From the NCBI RefSeq assembly GCF_036321535.1, contig NC_087436.1:112842001-112906000 (forward strand): DNA of 64,000 bases, in the 5' to 3' direction. The position numbers and the translations under genes were made by a program. Shown piece after piece: positions 27,137-41,592 of the stretch (its first letter is position 1; every line of letters begins with the position of its first letter). The notes under the pieces are model-generated. The model saw only the letters and a program-made list of their open reading frames with translations, was not told where the DNA came from and made no database searches. Source of the stretch: Camelus dromedarius (Eukaryota).

Positions 27137-27744
27137 GTATTCCAGAAGTTTTTCAGTTTTTATTAACATTCACAATGAATGGGTGTATCATTTAAAAATT
27201 TACTGATTGAAAGCCTTAAGGACTTGTATAATTTAGGGAAAAAATAGCTAGGATTCTAAGTATGTACATATATATTTATATATGATAAAAATAAATTAAA
27301 TTATCATATACACACATATACTTGTCATATTAAAGTGACCTTATAAATAATACCTTTTTCTGTAGGATAAAATATGATTATGATTAAAAGCTGATTTATT
27401 AGATAATGCTAGCTTTAATATAAAAAACTTAAACTAGTTTCAGGTAAATATATTTAAATGAGTGCTCTACTTAGGAAAGAAGTTAAAAGACCATATTTTT
27501 AGTTCAAAAATTATTGCATTCTTATTATTTGGTAACAATTTCAGACAAACATATTGAGACTGTATTAAATGTATATTTTGTACAAGTATATATGAAATTA
27601 GCATTATAGCTTCTCTTTTTGCATGAATTGTAGCTTCTTTATGAGTTATTATTAAAGTCTTGAATTTTGACCTTGGGGAAATCAAATGGTTGTCATTATA
27701 ATACCACCTGAGAATAGTTTGATCAGGTTTTTTTTTTTTTTAAG

Positions 27745-27940
27745 GACTGAGACAAATAACAATGAAATTCGATTTTAAGTGTGAAAGATCCTAAGTAGGT
27801 TCTTGGAAAATATGCCAGAAAATACTCAGATTGATAATGTTTTGTTTATAAAATTAATGAAATCATCCTTATTAGACTAAAAGATAAAATTCAATACAGG
27901 CAATCCTGGCTCGTTCAATACTGAAGACCCATGGTTAGTT
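27745..27940 (+). pseudogene. NCAPG: NCAPG exon 3 relic
   Basis: After a poly-T/AG acceptor: MPENTQIDNVLF..KINEIILIRLKDKI..IQAILARS versus NCAPG MPENAQIDDDVFDKINKAMLIRLKDKIPNVRIQAVLALS. Confidence 0.9.
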
Positions 27941-28090
27941 ACTACCCCCCATGCTTAAAGGTTTGTGTAGCTATTTTTTACCTCATAGTTTTTGTTTCTT
28001 TGACTCTAAGTGCACAGTAGTTGAATTTTTCCTTATTAAATTTACAGTAAAAGACTCTATATGATGTGCACACACACCCCGTTTAAAGAT

Positions 28091-29286
28091 ATGTAGTTCC
28101 AACTGCAAAACTCCGACACCAGCTGGATGTCCTGTAATTCAACTACCCAGAGTTAGAGCAGACCCACAGGTCAAAGGCAAGACTGTCTCCACTTTAGATA
28201 CCAGCCACAAGTTTTAGGTATCCCTAAGCTATCTGCATTTCTGTTCAGCTGACTGCAAACTCAGGGATTCCCATGACTGCTTTCTCCCTCCTCTAGATAA
28301 TTCTCTAGGATGACTGGCAGAACTCAGGAAAGTGCTGTATTGACTATTTCAGTTTTTTTTTAAATTGAAGTATAGTTGATTTACAATGCTGTGTGTCTGG
28401 TGTACAGCAGAATAATTCAGTTATACATATATGAATTCTTTTTCATATTCTTTTCCATTATGGTTTATTATAGGATATTGAATATAGTTCCCTGTGCTAT
28501 GCAGTAGGAACTTATTGCTTATTTTTTATATATATTTTGTATCTGCTAATCCCAAACTCCTGATTTACTCCTTCGCCACCCCCTTTCCTCCTTGGTAACC
28601 ATAAGTTTGTTTGTTTGTCTTATGTCTGTAAGTCTGTTTCTGTTTTGTAAATAATTTCATTTGTATCGTATTTTAGATTCAACATATAAGTGATATATGG
28701 TATTTGTCTTTCTCTTTCTGGCTTACTTCCTTCACTTAGTATGATAATCTCTAGGGCCATCCATGTTACTGTACATGGCATTATTTCATTATTTTTTATG
28801 GGTTAGTAGTATTCCATTGTGTGTGTATATATGTTCCAGTTTTATCATAAAGGATACAATTGAGAACAGCCAAAAGGAAGGGATGCATAGGGCAAAGTAT
28901 GGGGGACAAGGAGTGTGGAGCTTCTTGGCCTGGGTGTGCCACCTTCCCAGCACATTGGTTTGTTCACCATCCTGAAAGCTTCTTGAGCCTGGTTGTTTCA
29001 GGATTTTTTATGGGATTTCATTGAGTAGGCATAATTGCCTAGAAATTGGAGGATGGGCTTGAATGTTCCAGTCCTACAATCACTTGGTTGGTTTTTCTGG
29101 TGACCAGCTTCTATACAGAAGCTATCTAGGGTCTCCCAACCCCCATGAGTCACCTCATTAGCATAAAGTCAGGTGTGGTTGAAAGGGACGCAGAAATGAC
29201 AAAAGAGACTCCTGTCCCTCAGGAAATTCCAGATTTTAGGAGCTCTGTACCAAGGACAGAGATCAAATATATTTTTTATTATAACA
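28091..29286. mobile_element. MER21-like LTR interrupted by an L1 3'-end fragment (~28360-28830, minus strand)
   Basis: gacaccagctggatgtcctgtaattcaact and gaactcaggaaag motifs; L1 tail aattgaagtatagttgatttacaatg. Confidence 0.6.
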
Positions 29287-29778
29287 AAGGAGAATAATAA
29301 AATTAACAGATATATCCAACATCTAATTAAGAAATAGAATACTAACACACCTTTTTAAGTCTCCTGTATCTCATTCTAGATGTGTTCCCCCTCCTTCCTT
29401 TCCAGAGGGCACCTCTATCCTGAATTTTATGCTATTCATTACCTTACTTTTCTTTACTTTACTTATTATAAGTCTACCTAGATGTATCTCAAAAATATGC
29501 ACTGTATCTTTGCTTTTTCTCCACCTTATTATAAATATAGTTATTTTGCATGTATTCTTTTGTAACTAATTTTCTTCCCATTTAACACTGTTTCTAAGAG
29601 TAATCCAAACTTATGCACATAGCTATAATTCATTCCTTTTCACTACCTTGTAATATTTTGTTTTAGAAATACAACACACTTGAATTATCCATTATATTTT
29701 TTATTATTATGAATTAAAGTGTTGTCAGCATTCTCAAACATGTGCAAAATTTTCTCTGGCTAATATGTCTAGGGGTAG

Positions 29779-30159
29779 TGTTATGAACTGAATTATGTTT
29801 CCCCAAAATTCATATGTTGAAGCCGTAACCCCAGTAACTCAGAATGTGACTGCTTTTGGAGATACGGTCTTTAAAGAGGTAGTTAAGTTAAAATGAGACC
29901 TTTGGGGTGGCCCTCATCTAGTCTGACTGGTGTCCTTAAACAAAAGGCGATTAGGACATATAGAGAGATGCTGGATATGTGCATGAAGAGAGGAAAGTCC
30001 AGTGAAGATACTGCAAGAAGATGGGCTTTGGAAGAAAACAAACCTGCCAACACCTTGATCTTGGACTTACCACCTCCAAAACTGAGAACATAAATTTCTG
30101 TTGTCTAAGCCACCCAGTCTATAGTGTTTTTGTTATGGCAACCTTAGCAAACTGATACA
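29779..30159 (+). mobile_element. MLT1-type MaLR solo LTR within old L1 sequence
   Basis: tgttatgaactgaattatgtttcccc...tgttatggcaaccttagcaaactgataca. Confidence 0.8.
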
Positions 30160-30942
30160 GTTAGAATTGCTAGATGGTAAATTATGCACAATTTCAGTTT
30201 AATTAGTAAGACCAACGTTTTCCTAAAGTACTTGGACCAATTTACAATCCCACTGGCATGTGTGAGAATTCTTGTTCAGCATCCTTGCCCAAATCTGATA
30301 CTGTCAGACTTGACTTTTTCCCATCTATTGGGAGAGGATAAAATCTTATTGTCATATTAATTGCATTTTCCTGATAAGAAGGAGAGTTGAATATCTTCTA
30401 ATTTTTATATCAATAAAATGCCTGTTATATCTTTGTCCACTTCTCTGTTATGTTACTTGTTTTTCTCTTACTGATGGTTAGGAATTCATTTTAGTGAAAG
30501 TAAGATTTATCCTTTAATGTCTTCTTTTATGTCTTATTTAAGAAATTCTTCCCAATCTCCAAAGTAAAAGAATATAGTCTCTCATCTGAATGTTTAACTT
30601 TTACATTTGAATCCTTAAGGTACCTGGAATTGATATTTTTAATGTTTGATTTGAGGCAGTATGATATGTACTTTCATTTTTCTGCATATTAATAACAGTT
30701 GTACTAGTCCTGTTTATTGAATACTCTCCCCCTACAGCCAGCTGATCAGCAGTATGTACTCTGACCTACTGCAAGTCTGCATGTGCTTTGGTTCTCTTTC
30801 TGTTTTATTCGGTTATAATTATGATTTTTGTTTACCTCTAGACCAGCATCACATTACTATGGTTTTGTAATAAATCTTAATATCTGGTAGTAACTGGATT
30901 TTTTTGTGTTTTAAATGATATATATATATAAAATTATTTAAC

Positions 30943-31097
30943 AATATGTGTATGATCTGGAACCTGTCAAATGTGGGGAATAGAGCTAAGTGTATTTAAG
31001 CACAGGAAATGGTTTTTGGTCCAAAGACTAAAAAAATTCTTTTTTTAGGGCAACTCAAAATTAAACTAATAAGCCTTTTAAAAAGGCATTTCTAATA
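30943..31097 (+). pseudogene. NCAPG: Possible NCAPG exon 4 relic (very degraded)
   Basis: ccaaagact..aaaaatt..tagggcaactcaa versus recalled GCAAAGACTTTGCCAAAAATTGTAGGGCGCACCAA; lies in the expected order between exons 3 and 5. Confidence 0.4.
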
Positions 31098-31319
31098 TGG
31101 GACCAGGGTTTTGGGGGTATTTTGGATGTGGTTTTAGGTGAAAAAAAAAAAGGGCCATGTGTTGATAATCGTTGAGGCTTATTGAGTGTATTAATTTTAT
31201 TGGTTTCAGTGGTTTATTTTCTTAATAGATATAGAATGTATCACTTTCTATAATTATCACTGTTAGATAATTATATTGGGCCTTTAACAACTACTTTTTT
31301 GTCTTTTTGTTTTCTTAAG

Positions 31320-31376
31320 ATTTTGTGCTTAGCTCAGAGAATTCCATTTCTTCAACAAGACCTAGAGATAAATCAG
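31320..31376 (+). pseudogene. NCAPG: NCAPG exon 5 relic (internal deletion, donor lost)
   Basis: LCLAQRIPFLQQDL-DKS versus MSIAQRVMLLQQGLNDRS; polypyrimidine tract and AG acceptor at 31318-31319. Confidence 0.75.
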
Positions 31377-32732
31377 ATTAACATACATAAAGTTAATAGA
31401 TTTGAAAGTCATACTGTTTTTTACTACTATGAAAATTTTCAAAGAGAATAATAAAATGAACCCAATAACCCAACACCTAGCTTCAACCATTATCAATATT
31501 TGGCCAGTTTTGTTTTTCTTCCTTCCCTTATCTCCCCACCAAGCCCACATGAACACACTTCACACATCCCACCCCTCTCTCAGCCAGAATTATTTTAAAG
31601 CATATCTTAGCTATTATAACATATCACCTAATATTCAGTGTTCAGATTTTTCTAATTTTCTCAAAAAATTACTTTTCATGCTTGTTTCTTTGAATTGTGA
31701 TTTAAACAATATCTCATTTCATTTGATATTTCTTATGGCTTTTATTATATAGCAGGCTCTCTTCCCCTCTTTTTCTTTGACATTTATTTGTTGTGGAGAC
31801 TGGGTCATTTGTCTAGTTGAATTTCCCGTATCCTAGATCTGGCTGTTTTCATCCTCATACTGTCACTCAACCTGGTCTATCATGTATATTTCCCATAAAC
31901 TGCCACTTAAAGGTAGATGATTGACCAGATTAAAGTTTGACTTTTTTTCCCAGGGAGTGGGGCAAAATATTTATGTGGTGGCTTATAAACATTTTATTGC
32001 ATTTATAACAGGTGGTGAAAGTCCTCAATATTTTTGAAACAGTGGTCTAATATGTATGAATTAAGGAATATACATGTGTTCCTCTGTAGTCTTTTCGTCT
32101 CTAATCTCTCTGTTTTTACATATGGGGAAACTAAGTCCTAGAGAGTTAAATATTTGCCAAAAGCCATACAGCTAACTTACTAGAAGTAGGGCTTTTTTTC
32201 ATCTTCTACTCCTTTTAAAATTTTGCCTCATCTGCCTTCATTTGGAGGTTTTCATGGGTCAGAAAAATGTCAGAGGTGATCAGGATGGCATTTCTGCCTG
32301 TTCCAACTAGAATTTTTGTGAATGAGAAGGTAAGATAGAGTGTATAAGTAAACTTTCAACTCCCTTGAGTGGTTCTGGTGTTTGTAGTCCAGTATGATAG
32401 CTAAAACTCAAGTCTGAGAGCAATAGTCACAGGGGCTTAGACAGCACCTAAGCCTGAAGCCTGGGAAATACAGGGTAGAAAGAATGCAAGAAAACCCTTA
32501 TAGGCTCCAACAATAGTTGGTTATTTGGTCCTAAATAATTTCTACTTGTGGAATTGTTCACCTCATTTCTTTTAGTGCTGGTGTGCTTTGTTTCCCAGCT
32601 TAGTTTTTACTTGTCTCATAAATACTAGCTGTAAGTTAATACTAATTTAAAGAAAACGAATTATGTAACAAAATATAGGAAGTGAAAGCTAGAGGAAAGT
32701 TACATTCCTTTACAGCTTACATAACTGAACAG

Positions 32733-32910
32733 ATGCTGTGAAATCAGTGATGTGAAAAAATCTCCTACAAGCCTGGTTACACTTCACTGAAATAACTTGA
32801 GATGCTTCATCTTTTTGACGTGTAGAAGGGGTTTGTAGTCACAAGCTCACTGCTTCCTTTTTCAGTGACTCCCAGTGAACTGACGGGAAGTTTAAAAACA
32901 ATGATTGTAG
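32733..32910 (+). pseudogene. NCAPG: NCAPG exon 6 relic
   Basis: AG|ATGCTGTGAAA gives DAVKSVM*KNLLQAWLHFTE...SELTG..KNND|GT versus DAVKQAMQKHLLQGWLRFSE...SELVGLCKNNDG. Both splice dinucleotides are retained. Confidence 0.88.
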
Positions 32911-33169
32911 GTCTATGACAAATTAGTTTATCATGTAATGCCATTACCTTGATCATTTTCTAATACAATAGAAATGAGCTGATAGAAAAGATTTTATGAC
33001 TAAAATAAAAATGTCATAAAATGATACCTTTGTGTTGCAGGGGAAAAAAGTTATGATTACATACAATCTCATTAATATTTAAATGCAGCATAGAGAAATA
33101 ATCCCAAATAAATACAATACAAATAAAAAATTAGGAACATTTTATGTTTTTAATTGGATTGGATTAAGT

Positions 33170-33250
33170 ATTAAAAGCACTAATGAGTGAAACAACATTA
33201 ATTCTGTTTTTCAATGGACTGTCTTCTTTCATCCAAAAGGATGATAAGTT
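33170..33250 (+). pseudogene. NCAPG: Possible NCAPG exon 7 relic
   Basis: agtgaaacaacattaattctg and atccaaaaggatgataag resemble recalled CAGTGGAAACATTAACTCCTG and AATCAAAAGGAGATGAAG; expected position after exon 6. Confidence 0.35.
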
Positions 33251-33399
33251 TAATGTCTCATAATTGTTCTTTAGTGTTTATGAAAAGTAAATTGTAATAT
33301 TTCATATTCTTTAATTACCAAGCCTATAAACTCAGCTTTTGATTCAGAGTTTTGGAAAACAAGTGCGTATAACCAGATATTTTTCTTGAATGCATCAAT

Positions 33400-36300
33400 T
33401 TTTTTTCTGGGATATAATGGTTAAAAGTTTGAGCAGGCTTGAAACAATAAAAAATGGACAAAATATATGAAACAATGTTTTTAAAGACACTGGACATTGG
33501 GCAATGAAGAAGAGACAATAAAGGATATGAACCCTGAGTGAGAGTACACAAACAAAGTGAGTTCTATGATTGCTCCAGCTTGGTGCCTTGAGAGAATTTC
33601 CATGGGGTACACAGGAAGAGCCTGGTAGGATCCCTGGTTTGAGCTAGAGCTGAGAGTCTGGTGAAACCAAGATGGCTAGAATTTGCAGCACAGAGTACTA
33701 GAAAGGAGAGAGCTGCACAGAAAGTGAAGGCTAGAAATCTGGAAAGAATCTCCATTTAACAAATATATGATATTGCTTATGTATGGAATCTAAAAGAGGA
33801 AAGGTATAGCTCAGTGGTAGAGTGTATGCTTAGCAGACATGAGGTTATGGTTTCAATCCCCAGTACCTCTGTTAAATAATAAAGTAATAATACTAAACCT
33901 AATTTCCTCCCCCCAAACAACAACAACAACAACAACAACAAAAGATACGAATGGACTTATTTACAAGACAGAAATAGACTCACAGACATAGAGAATAAAC
34001 TTATGCTTACCAAAGGGGAAAGAGGAGGAGGGATAAATTAGGAATTTGAAGTATATAAAATAACCAACAAGGCCTACTGTCTAGCACAGAGAATTATATT
34101 CAGTATCTTGTAATAACCTATAATGGAAAAGCACCTGAAAAAAACCAGATACACATGTATAACTGAACCACTTTGCTGTACACTTGAAATTAACACAACA
34201 TTGTAAATCAACTATGCTCAAATAATAAAAAAAAAAACTCCCTTGAGTTTTCAGGTGCATACTGATCACTGCATGTAGGTGAGGAAATTACCTGAGGCCG
34301 AGGAAAGGACCACTTGAAAGTATTCGTGATAAACTCAAAAAGGGCTGGGAATAATGGCTGTTCCCATAAGACATACTGGAAAAACATTCACAAAGCATTG
34401 GGTAGAGTGCATAGAAGGGTCTTGCCTCAGCTGGAAATAATTGGCCCTAGGTTGAACACTCTTCTGTCTTTGTATTTAAAGCAAGACCTGAAAATATCAA
34501 ATTGTTTCCAAGTAACTGTGCCAGAACAAAGATATACAGGGTTACAAAAATATCCAGTACCTAGAAAGGTGAATCTTTCAATGTTTGGCATCCGATCAAA
34601 AATTACCAAAGATGCAAATAAGTGGGAAAAGAGGACCCATAAAAAGGAGACAAATCAACTAAAACCGATCCAGATGTTAACAGTTGCAGCCATTATATTG
34701 TACCTATTCCATATTTTAACAAAAAGTTAAGTAGAGACATGGAAGATAGAAAAACACCAAACTTCTCGAGATGAAAACTACACTATGTAAAATATAAAAC
34801 ACTGGATGGGATTAATGGAAGATTTGACATTGCAGAAGAAAAGATGAATTTGAAGACATGTCAATAGAAACTATCCAAAATTAAGCACAGAAAAAGACCA
34901 CGAGTGAGCTGTGCGTAACTGTCTAATATGCCTGTAAGGAGACTAAAGGGTGAGAGGAGAAATCTGAAGAATTTATTTAAGGAAATAGCTAAAAAGTTTT
35001 TTTTTTAATATGGAGATTATAAGCCCATAGATCTAAGAAGATCAATGAACCCCAAGCACAAGAAGCATGAAAAAAACTATAGCAAGGCATATCATAACCC
35101 AATTGCTTAATACCAATGATAAAGATAAAATCTTAGGGGAAAAAAAGATAAAATCTTAGAGACCAAAGGAAAAAAGGCACTGTTTCTGAGATGAGAAAGA
35201 CATCAGGTATCTTTTAGTAAATAGTTCAATTGAGTAATCAGTTATTTAATGTACTGGAAAGAACTCTGTCAATCTAAAATTCTGTGCCTGGAGAAAATAC
35301 CTTTCCTGCTTCACACTTGTTTCTTTGAAATAGGATTTATACTATATCTATACATTTCATTTGTATAGGCAAAGTGATTTTTCAGACAAAAGCTGAAAGA
35401 ATTCATCATTAGAAGAGATCTGTAATATAAGATATGTTAAAGCAAGTCCAGTCTTTCAGGCAGAAGGAAATACAGTAGAGACTGACAAACTAACTATGGT
35501 CTGCAACCTTGCTGGTGTGTTGCCTGCAATCTAAGAATAGCTTTTACATTTTTAAAAGGTTATTTAAAAAATATCTCCAGATATTGTCAAATGTTTCTTG
35601 GGGGACAAAATCACTTTCAGTTGGGAACCGCTGGCTCTATATCGCAGTTAAAATGCAGAGACTATTGGATTGGATAAAAAAGCAAGACCCAATTATACAC
35701 TGCTTATAAGACACAAATAGGTGAACAATAAAAGGATGTGAAGATATGTGATGGTAACACCAACCAGAAGAAAGCTGGAGTGACTACTGTTATTAGACAA
35801 AGTAGATTTCACAACAAATAATATTGCCAGGGGTAAAGAATGTGAAACGGTACAACCACTTTGGAAAATACTTTGGCAATTTCTTCTGAAGTTAAATATG
35901 CATCTACAATATGATCTAGCCATTCTACTCTTAGGTATTTACCGCAGAGAAAAGGAAATATTTGTCCATACATAGACTTTTACACAAATGTTTTAGTAGT
36001 TCTGTCATTTTGTAATAAACAAAATTAGAAATAACCAAAGTGTCCATCAACAAGTGAGTAAACTGGTATACAGTAGAAAACATACAATGGAATACTACTC
36101 AGCAATAAAAAGGAATGCAATATTGATACTCATCATAACATGGATGAGTTTCAAAACTAGTTATGCTGAGGGAAAGAAATCAGACAAAAGCTATATTCCA
36201 TGTGATTATATTTATATAAAATTCTAGAAAATGCAAACTAAAGACATAGAGACAGAAAGATCAGTAATTGCCTGGGGTAGAGAGGCAGGGATGGGGTTGA

Positions 36301-36480
36301 GGAGAGCAAGAGGGAGGGCTAACCCAAAGGCACCATGAGACTTGGGGATGGTGGAGATATTTTTTTTGATTCAGGTGATAGTTTCTTGTGTTTATGCCTT
36401 TGTCAAAACATCAGATTTTACATTTTAAATGTGTGTGGTTTGTTGTATATCAGTTATGCCTCCATAAAGTTTTTACAAAA
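33400..36480 (+). mobile_element. Old LINE-1 (5' region/ORF1 joined to a 3' end) with nested SINE (~33797-33945) and a younger L1 tail
   Basis: ORF1-like ctggatgggattaatggaagatttgacattgcagaagaaaag; ORF2-start-like gattggataaaaaagcaagacccaattatac; 3' motif aatggaatactactcagcaataaaaaggaatg. Confidence 0.75.
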
Positions 36481-38548
36481 GTTTGCATTAGAAAGGTTAG
36501 ATATAACAATGTATTTCTTTTAAAATGTCTTCCATATGTTGTAAAAACGTGGGTAATGTGTAATAGCTAGGGGATAACCGCCATGACAGTAATGCCTTTT
36601 GGAACCCTCAGATATGCTTGACTGTTGAAATAAATCCCTGTAGTTGTAGAGACAGTTCATTGAGAATGCTGAAAATATCATTTCACTGTGTCATGTTATT
36701 ACTTAGCTACTGTCTTTGGAAATGTTTTCCAAATAGTAATTTCTTTTCAACTGGAAAAAACAGATGACCAAGTAGTATTCAATATTTAATAAAAATAACT
36801 TTGTGTTTTTCAGTACCTCAATAAATTCAGTAGAATGAGTTTGGTTGACAGAATTTTGTTATATTGTGTGTTAGCTGATAATTATTGAAACCAGGTATTG
36901 GATGAATTGGGGTGTTCATTATATTATTGTCTCTATTCTTACGTGTGCTTGACATTATCCATCATAAAACTTCTTTTACACCTGTATTAACCAGCAATAT
37001 ATTATCGACTATAAACATATTTAATTTAGTTTTGTGTGATGTTATATTTAAACAACATAATGTATCCTGTGCTGATCTTACTACGTATATATCCAACAAA
37101 CTAAAAGTGTTATGCAGCTTGTTTTCATCAAATTGGATTTTGCAATCTCTGCAGATTTATGAGAAGTATTGCTTCTAAATTTTCTCCAGTAATAAAAAAT
37201 AAATGAGCCACTGTGCTATCACTCTGCATAGCTTTTAATCAATTAGATGAGATTTAAAGTTATATACACCATATCTAAACATGCTGGAGGAAAATATGTA
37301 AGTCATTTTCTCTTGTGTCTCTCAATATGCCTAAATGATGATAGTAAGGTTAGGTTTTATCACCAACAGTGGTGAAATGACTAAGAAATTACATTGGGAA
37401 CTTGAATATATTTTCCCCCTTTCTTTATCAATAAGTTCAGCAAGTTGTTTCCAAGTAGCTTTTTAACTTTGAATATTTAAAATTTTTGTTTTAAAAATAT
37501 CATTGGTAATTTGATAAACCCACATATTTAATTATCTTCATGATAAACTTTAAGTATTTTCTTGCTTTTCTTTTTAGAACATGGTTTGAAGTCAAATTTT
37601 GCTGTTTAAAATGAACATTTTTCTCCATATTGTCACTATTTTACAACCCAGATCTAGCAGTTAAACAGTTCTCACTTCATCATCTTTATTTTTATTTTAA
37701 AAATAGAGTTTTATGTAATTTGTATTAGTTTGATTAAAATGTTATAAATTATAAATTTAAGAGATCACTCCAGATGTTTTCTGACAAATAGATTGAACAT
37801 TTGTAACTGCAAATCTTGATAACTTCTGTCACTAGCAGATGAAATTCCTTCACAACTAATTGAATTACATTACATTAACCAAACATTTATTTGTACAGTT
37901 ATTAGCTTTTCCAGTGAGGTGACAGTTAAGCTGACCATCTTACACCAAGAAATCAAATGAGAAGACAGCAATCAAAATATCTTAGCCAATTCATGTTTTA
38001 TTTATCACCTCCTCTCCATTTATCATTTCTCCTAACAGTGGCCAAGGTTGATCATGGTATTTGTGGCAGTAGGCATAGTCCTTGTTTGGACTTTAAGTTG
38101 CTCTGGCATATTCTACTAAAAAGACTTGCTGGTTTCAACCCATAATTAGCTTGTGACCTGTTTTAAAAAGCACTGTATTATGCCATTTGATTTTGCATTT
38201 AGAGGCTGTACGAAACTTTGCTTAGTCTCATTTGAATGTAATGGTAAGTCTTTCCATATCTACATGTCAAATAGGAAGGTCAAATACTTAATATACAATT
38301 CACAAAGAATATAAACTGTTTAATACATGTTAAAACTTCCACTCTAACACATACTGAATGCCTGTACAACATGCCGAGTGATAACCCTTCTACCTGTTTT
38401 CCCGTAGATTGTCATAAAGGTTATAGGGCTTGCCCACGGTCATGTGATTGTTTAGTGAAAGAGCCAAAGAACAGAAGTGAAGTACTGACATCATTCAGGT
38501 GCCCTTTGCTCTATACACCATGATTCTAATCATTAAGCGTGGAATGAC

Positions 38549-38640
38549 GGGAGGAGGGTAATAGCTCACTGGAAGAGCACATGCTTAGTGTGCATGACGT
38601 CCTGGGTTTAATCCCAATTACCTCACAGAAAAAAAAAAAG
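38549..38640 (+). mobile_element. tRNA-derived SINE (Vic-1-like, short)
   Basis: tagctcactggaagagcacatgcttagtgtgcatgacgtcctggg plus an A tail; imperfect TSD aagcgtggaatga / aagagtgggatga. Confidence 0.82.
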
Positions 38641-41442
38641 AGTGGGATGAGATTTTTACTATTAAGAGTTGCAATTTGTAATAGTACTAATATGGTTTAT
38701 AATGTTCACATTAAACCAGAAAGTATTCAATATCCATTAATTTCTTTTGAAGTTAATTTAATACCAGTGAGCTGAAAATACTACCAATATTTAAACCCCC
38801 GATCTAGTTAGCAATTGGGTGAATTTTCTCCATTAATATCATATTGCCTAACAGGTTGCAATGTCATCAGAACAACAACAACAACAACAACCTCATTACT
38901 TAAAATCTGAAAAGTCAAATCAACCTAAAAGACTTACATTACAGGAATAAGATAACTCAAATGGTCTTTTTGAAAGAGTGTGTCAATAGGAACTTGATGC
39001 AATTCTGTTTGCAAATGGCCACAAGGAGAGTGAATCAGCCTCCTCTTGCTTCAGCCGAAGGGTGTGGCATGTAGTCTTGAGTAATACACTTGTGACCCAA
39101 ATTGTTTTGGAGGCTTCCTTTGGAGAACATAGGTGCATGTATACTGTGGTCATCAGAGTCCCAGCAACGGCTAAATCCATCTCAGCTGAGAGCTCATTGC
39201 TTTTGTTTTCGTTTTTTGTTTTCCTTAAATATCAGAGCTTCTGTGTCGTTTGGCTGAAAGCCAGGTAGTCGCATGGTAAGTTTGTGTTCCTTCCTCAGAT
39301 AAACTCTAGCTCTGCTCAAGTGGCATCAAATTTCAACTGTTATTACAGATTAAAAAACACTGATTGAGGCTCTAGTGTGCACGAATCTCCAGCAGTGGAG
39401 CTGGTGAGGAGAGCAGGAAGGGGTAAGACAAATGTAGCTTGGAGCATATTCCTTGAGCATATTCCTACGGGTACTCTGGGATGCAGATCATTTTAGATAC
39501 TTTCAGCATAGTAGTAGGGTGGCCCCATAAAAGTTTCACCAAATTTGCTGTGGTAACTTATGCAAGGCAGATCATCTTGAGGTAAAAAGAAGCTGGATAA
39601 ATATTAAAACCATTGTTGGAGTGAAGGAGGGATTCTGAATATGATGGTATGGCTGTACCTCACATTTGCCCTGGCTTAGACCCCCAAGAGCGTATCTGAT
39701 GCCCAGGGGGCTAGAGGTTCTCTGAGTGAATACAGTTGAAAGCTGCTTCACTGAACTCATGATGCTGAAGCAACCCTCCTTTGGGACCCCTTTGACAGTC
39801 ACAAAGAAGAAAGCCATTCTTTACTTGGCACCTAAGCTCACAATGACCATCTGAGAATACATGGCCCAGGGGAAGAATGGAAGAGACACAGTGGCTCACT
39901 TGTCACCTGGGGTGGCAGCATGGCTCTACAAGGAGTGGATTTGTTACTGAGCCTGTGAAAGCCATCCCTGAGGACTCAGAAGTACTGCTCAGTAATGGTG
40001 GGTGGTTTCTCCTGAAGCTACAGATTGTGCAATGGCTGGTGAAGCAATGAATCATTTAGATTCACATATTAATGATATTGTTTGATATTAATCATTTGTA
40101 TCTGCAGGCTGCTGGGGCCTGGGGAGATATGGGTTATATAAAGATGAAGAAAACAGTGACCCTACGTTCAAAAAGGACCCATTTTCATGGGGAAAAAGAC
40201 ACGGTCATATTGATAAAAGCAAAATGCAATGTATTCACTATTGTAAGTGAGGTACTGTACCAGATGCCTCACTGAATGACGCATAAGAGTATCTGCATCC
40301 TCTTCTGTAGAAATTGGGGCACCATTAAATGCTTTTAATTAAGGGAGAATTAGTTATCAGATCTATGTTTTAGAAACATTTCTGACTAGTTGGTTTGGCA
40401 GAAGGATCGGATGAGAACCTAAAATCAGGGAGACTGGTAGTTCCAGCAGCAGGTAAGTAGGGCCTAAACTAGGTCCATATCAGTGTGAGCTGAGAAAGGG
40501 ACGGATTTGAGACATTTGAGAGGACTGTGCATTTTATCAGATATTGAAGTGATGGAGAGTGAAAGCTTTTAAAATAACTCCAAGGCCTCCAGAGGCTGCA
40601 TCACGTACTGTAAAGATACAGTTTCCGGGACTGAAATGCCTGCACGAGAACCTTGGCTCCGCTACAAACAGGATGACCTTGGGCGAATTAAAGATCCTCT
40701 CCATCTCAGTTTTCACCTCCGTAAAGTAAGGATGATAATAGTAACTGTACTCCACGTAGTCATTCTGTGAATGCATAGAATTTAATACCAAAAGTCCCTA
40801 GAACAGTGACGTATACTCAGGTTTGTTTGCTGTTGTAATTCTAGCTAGAGTAACTAGGTGAACAGTGATAAAAGTCAGGGCGATGAGAACACAGAGGCTT
40901 GGCAAACGCAGAGGACAGAGAAGACAGTGAGATCACTTTTGGAGATACTGAATCTGGAGTTTCTGACATACAGGAAGCATTTGTTGAATAATAATAGAAG
41001 TGAGCTGTTTTTTCTTTTCTTTGCTTTCTCTCTCTTTTTTTTTAAAGCACTTTGGTCACTTGCCAGGCACTGTCATAAACTCTTTACCTGCATAATCCCA
41101 TTTCATCCTCGCATAATCCTGTCAGAGAGGTAGTAGTATTATTTCCACTTCACAGTTTATTCAACAGAATAGCACAGGCTTGTGGCTTAACAGTGTTAAC
41201 AAAGACCTCATTCCCAGAAGGCATAGGAAGTTCTGACTTACTCTGCTGGGAGTAAGTGAGAAAGCAGACCAGCCGGGATTTGAGCCGAGACAACGTGACT
41301 GGTGTGCTGAACCACTATGACGGCTCAAACCACTTTGAAACCTTTGGCCCCTAATATCTCTTAATACTTAACAGAGCCTATTAAGATACAGTATTTTATT
41401 TTATATCGTGTTAGATGTTTAACAATAAAATAACCTGTCACT

Positions 41443-41592
41443 GGGGGGAGAGTATAGCTCAAGTGGTAGAGGGCAGACTTAGCATGCATGGGGTCCTGGG
41501 TTGAATCCCCAGTACCTCCATTAAAAAATAAATAAATAAATAAACCTAATTACCTCCCCCCCCCCAAAAAAAACAAAACAAAACAAAAGAAA
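41443..41592 (+). mobile_element. tRNA-derived SINE (Vic-1-like)
   Basis: ggggggagagtatagctcaagtggtagag...aaacctaattacctccccc; TSD-like aacctgtca on both sides. Confidence 0.88.

Noticed and set aside
36600..38545. Short matches to later NCAPG exons (tatgcttgactgttgaa at ~36613; tgattctaatcattaag at 38521)
   Set aside because: Too short in AT-rich DNA and in the wrong relative order. The right breakpoint of the duplicate is left undetermined.
38983..39336. Minus-strand frame of ~118 codons with only three internal TGA stops; considered as an LCORL or other lost-gene exon
   Set aside because: No recognisable protein similarity, and the stop density is not clearly below chance
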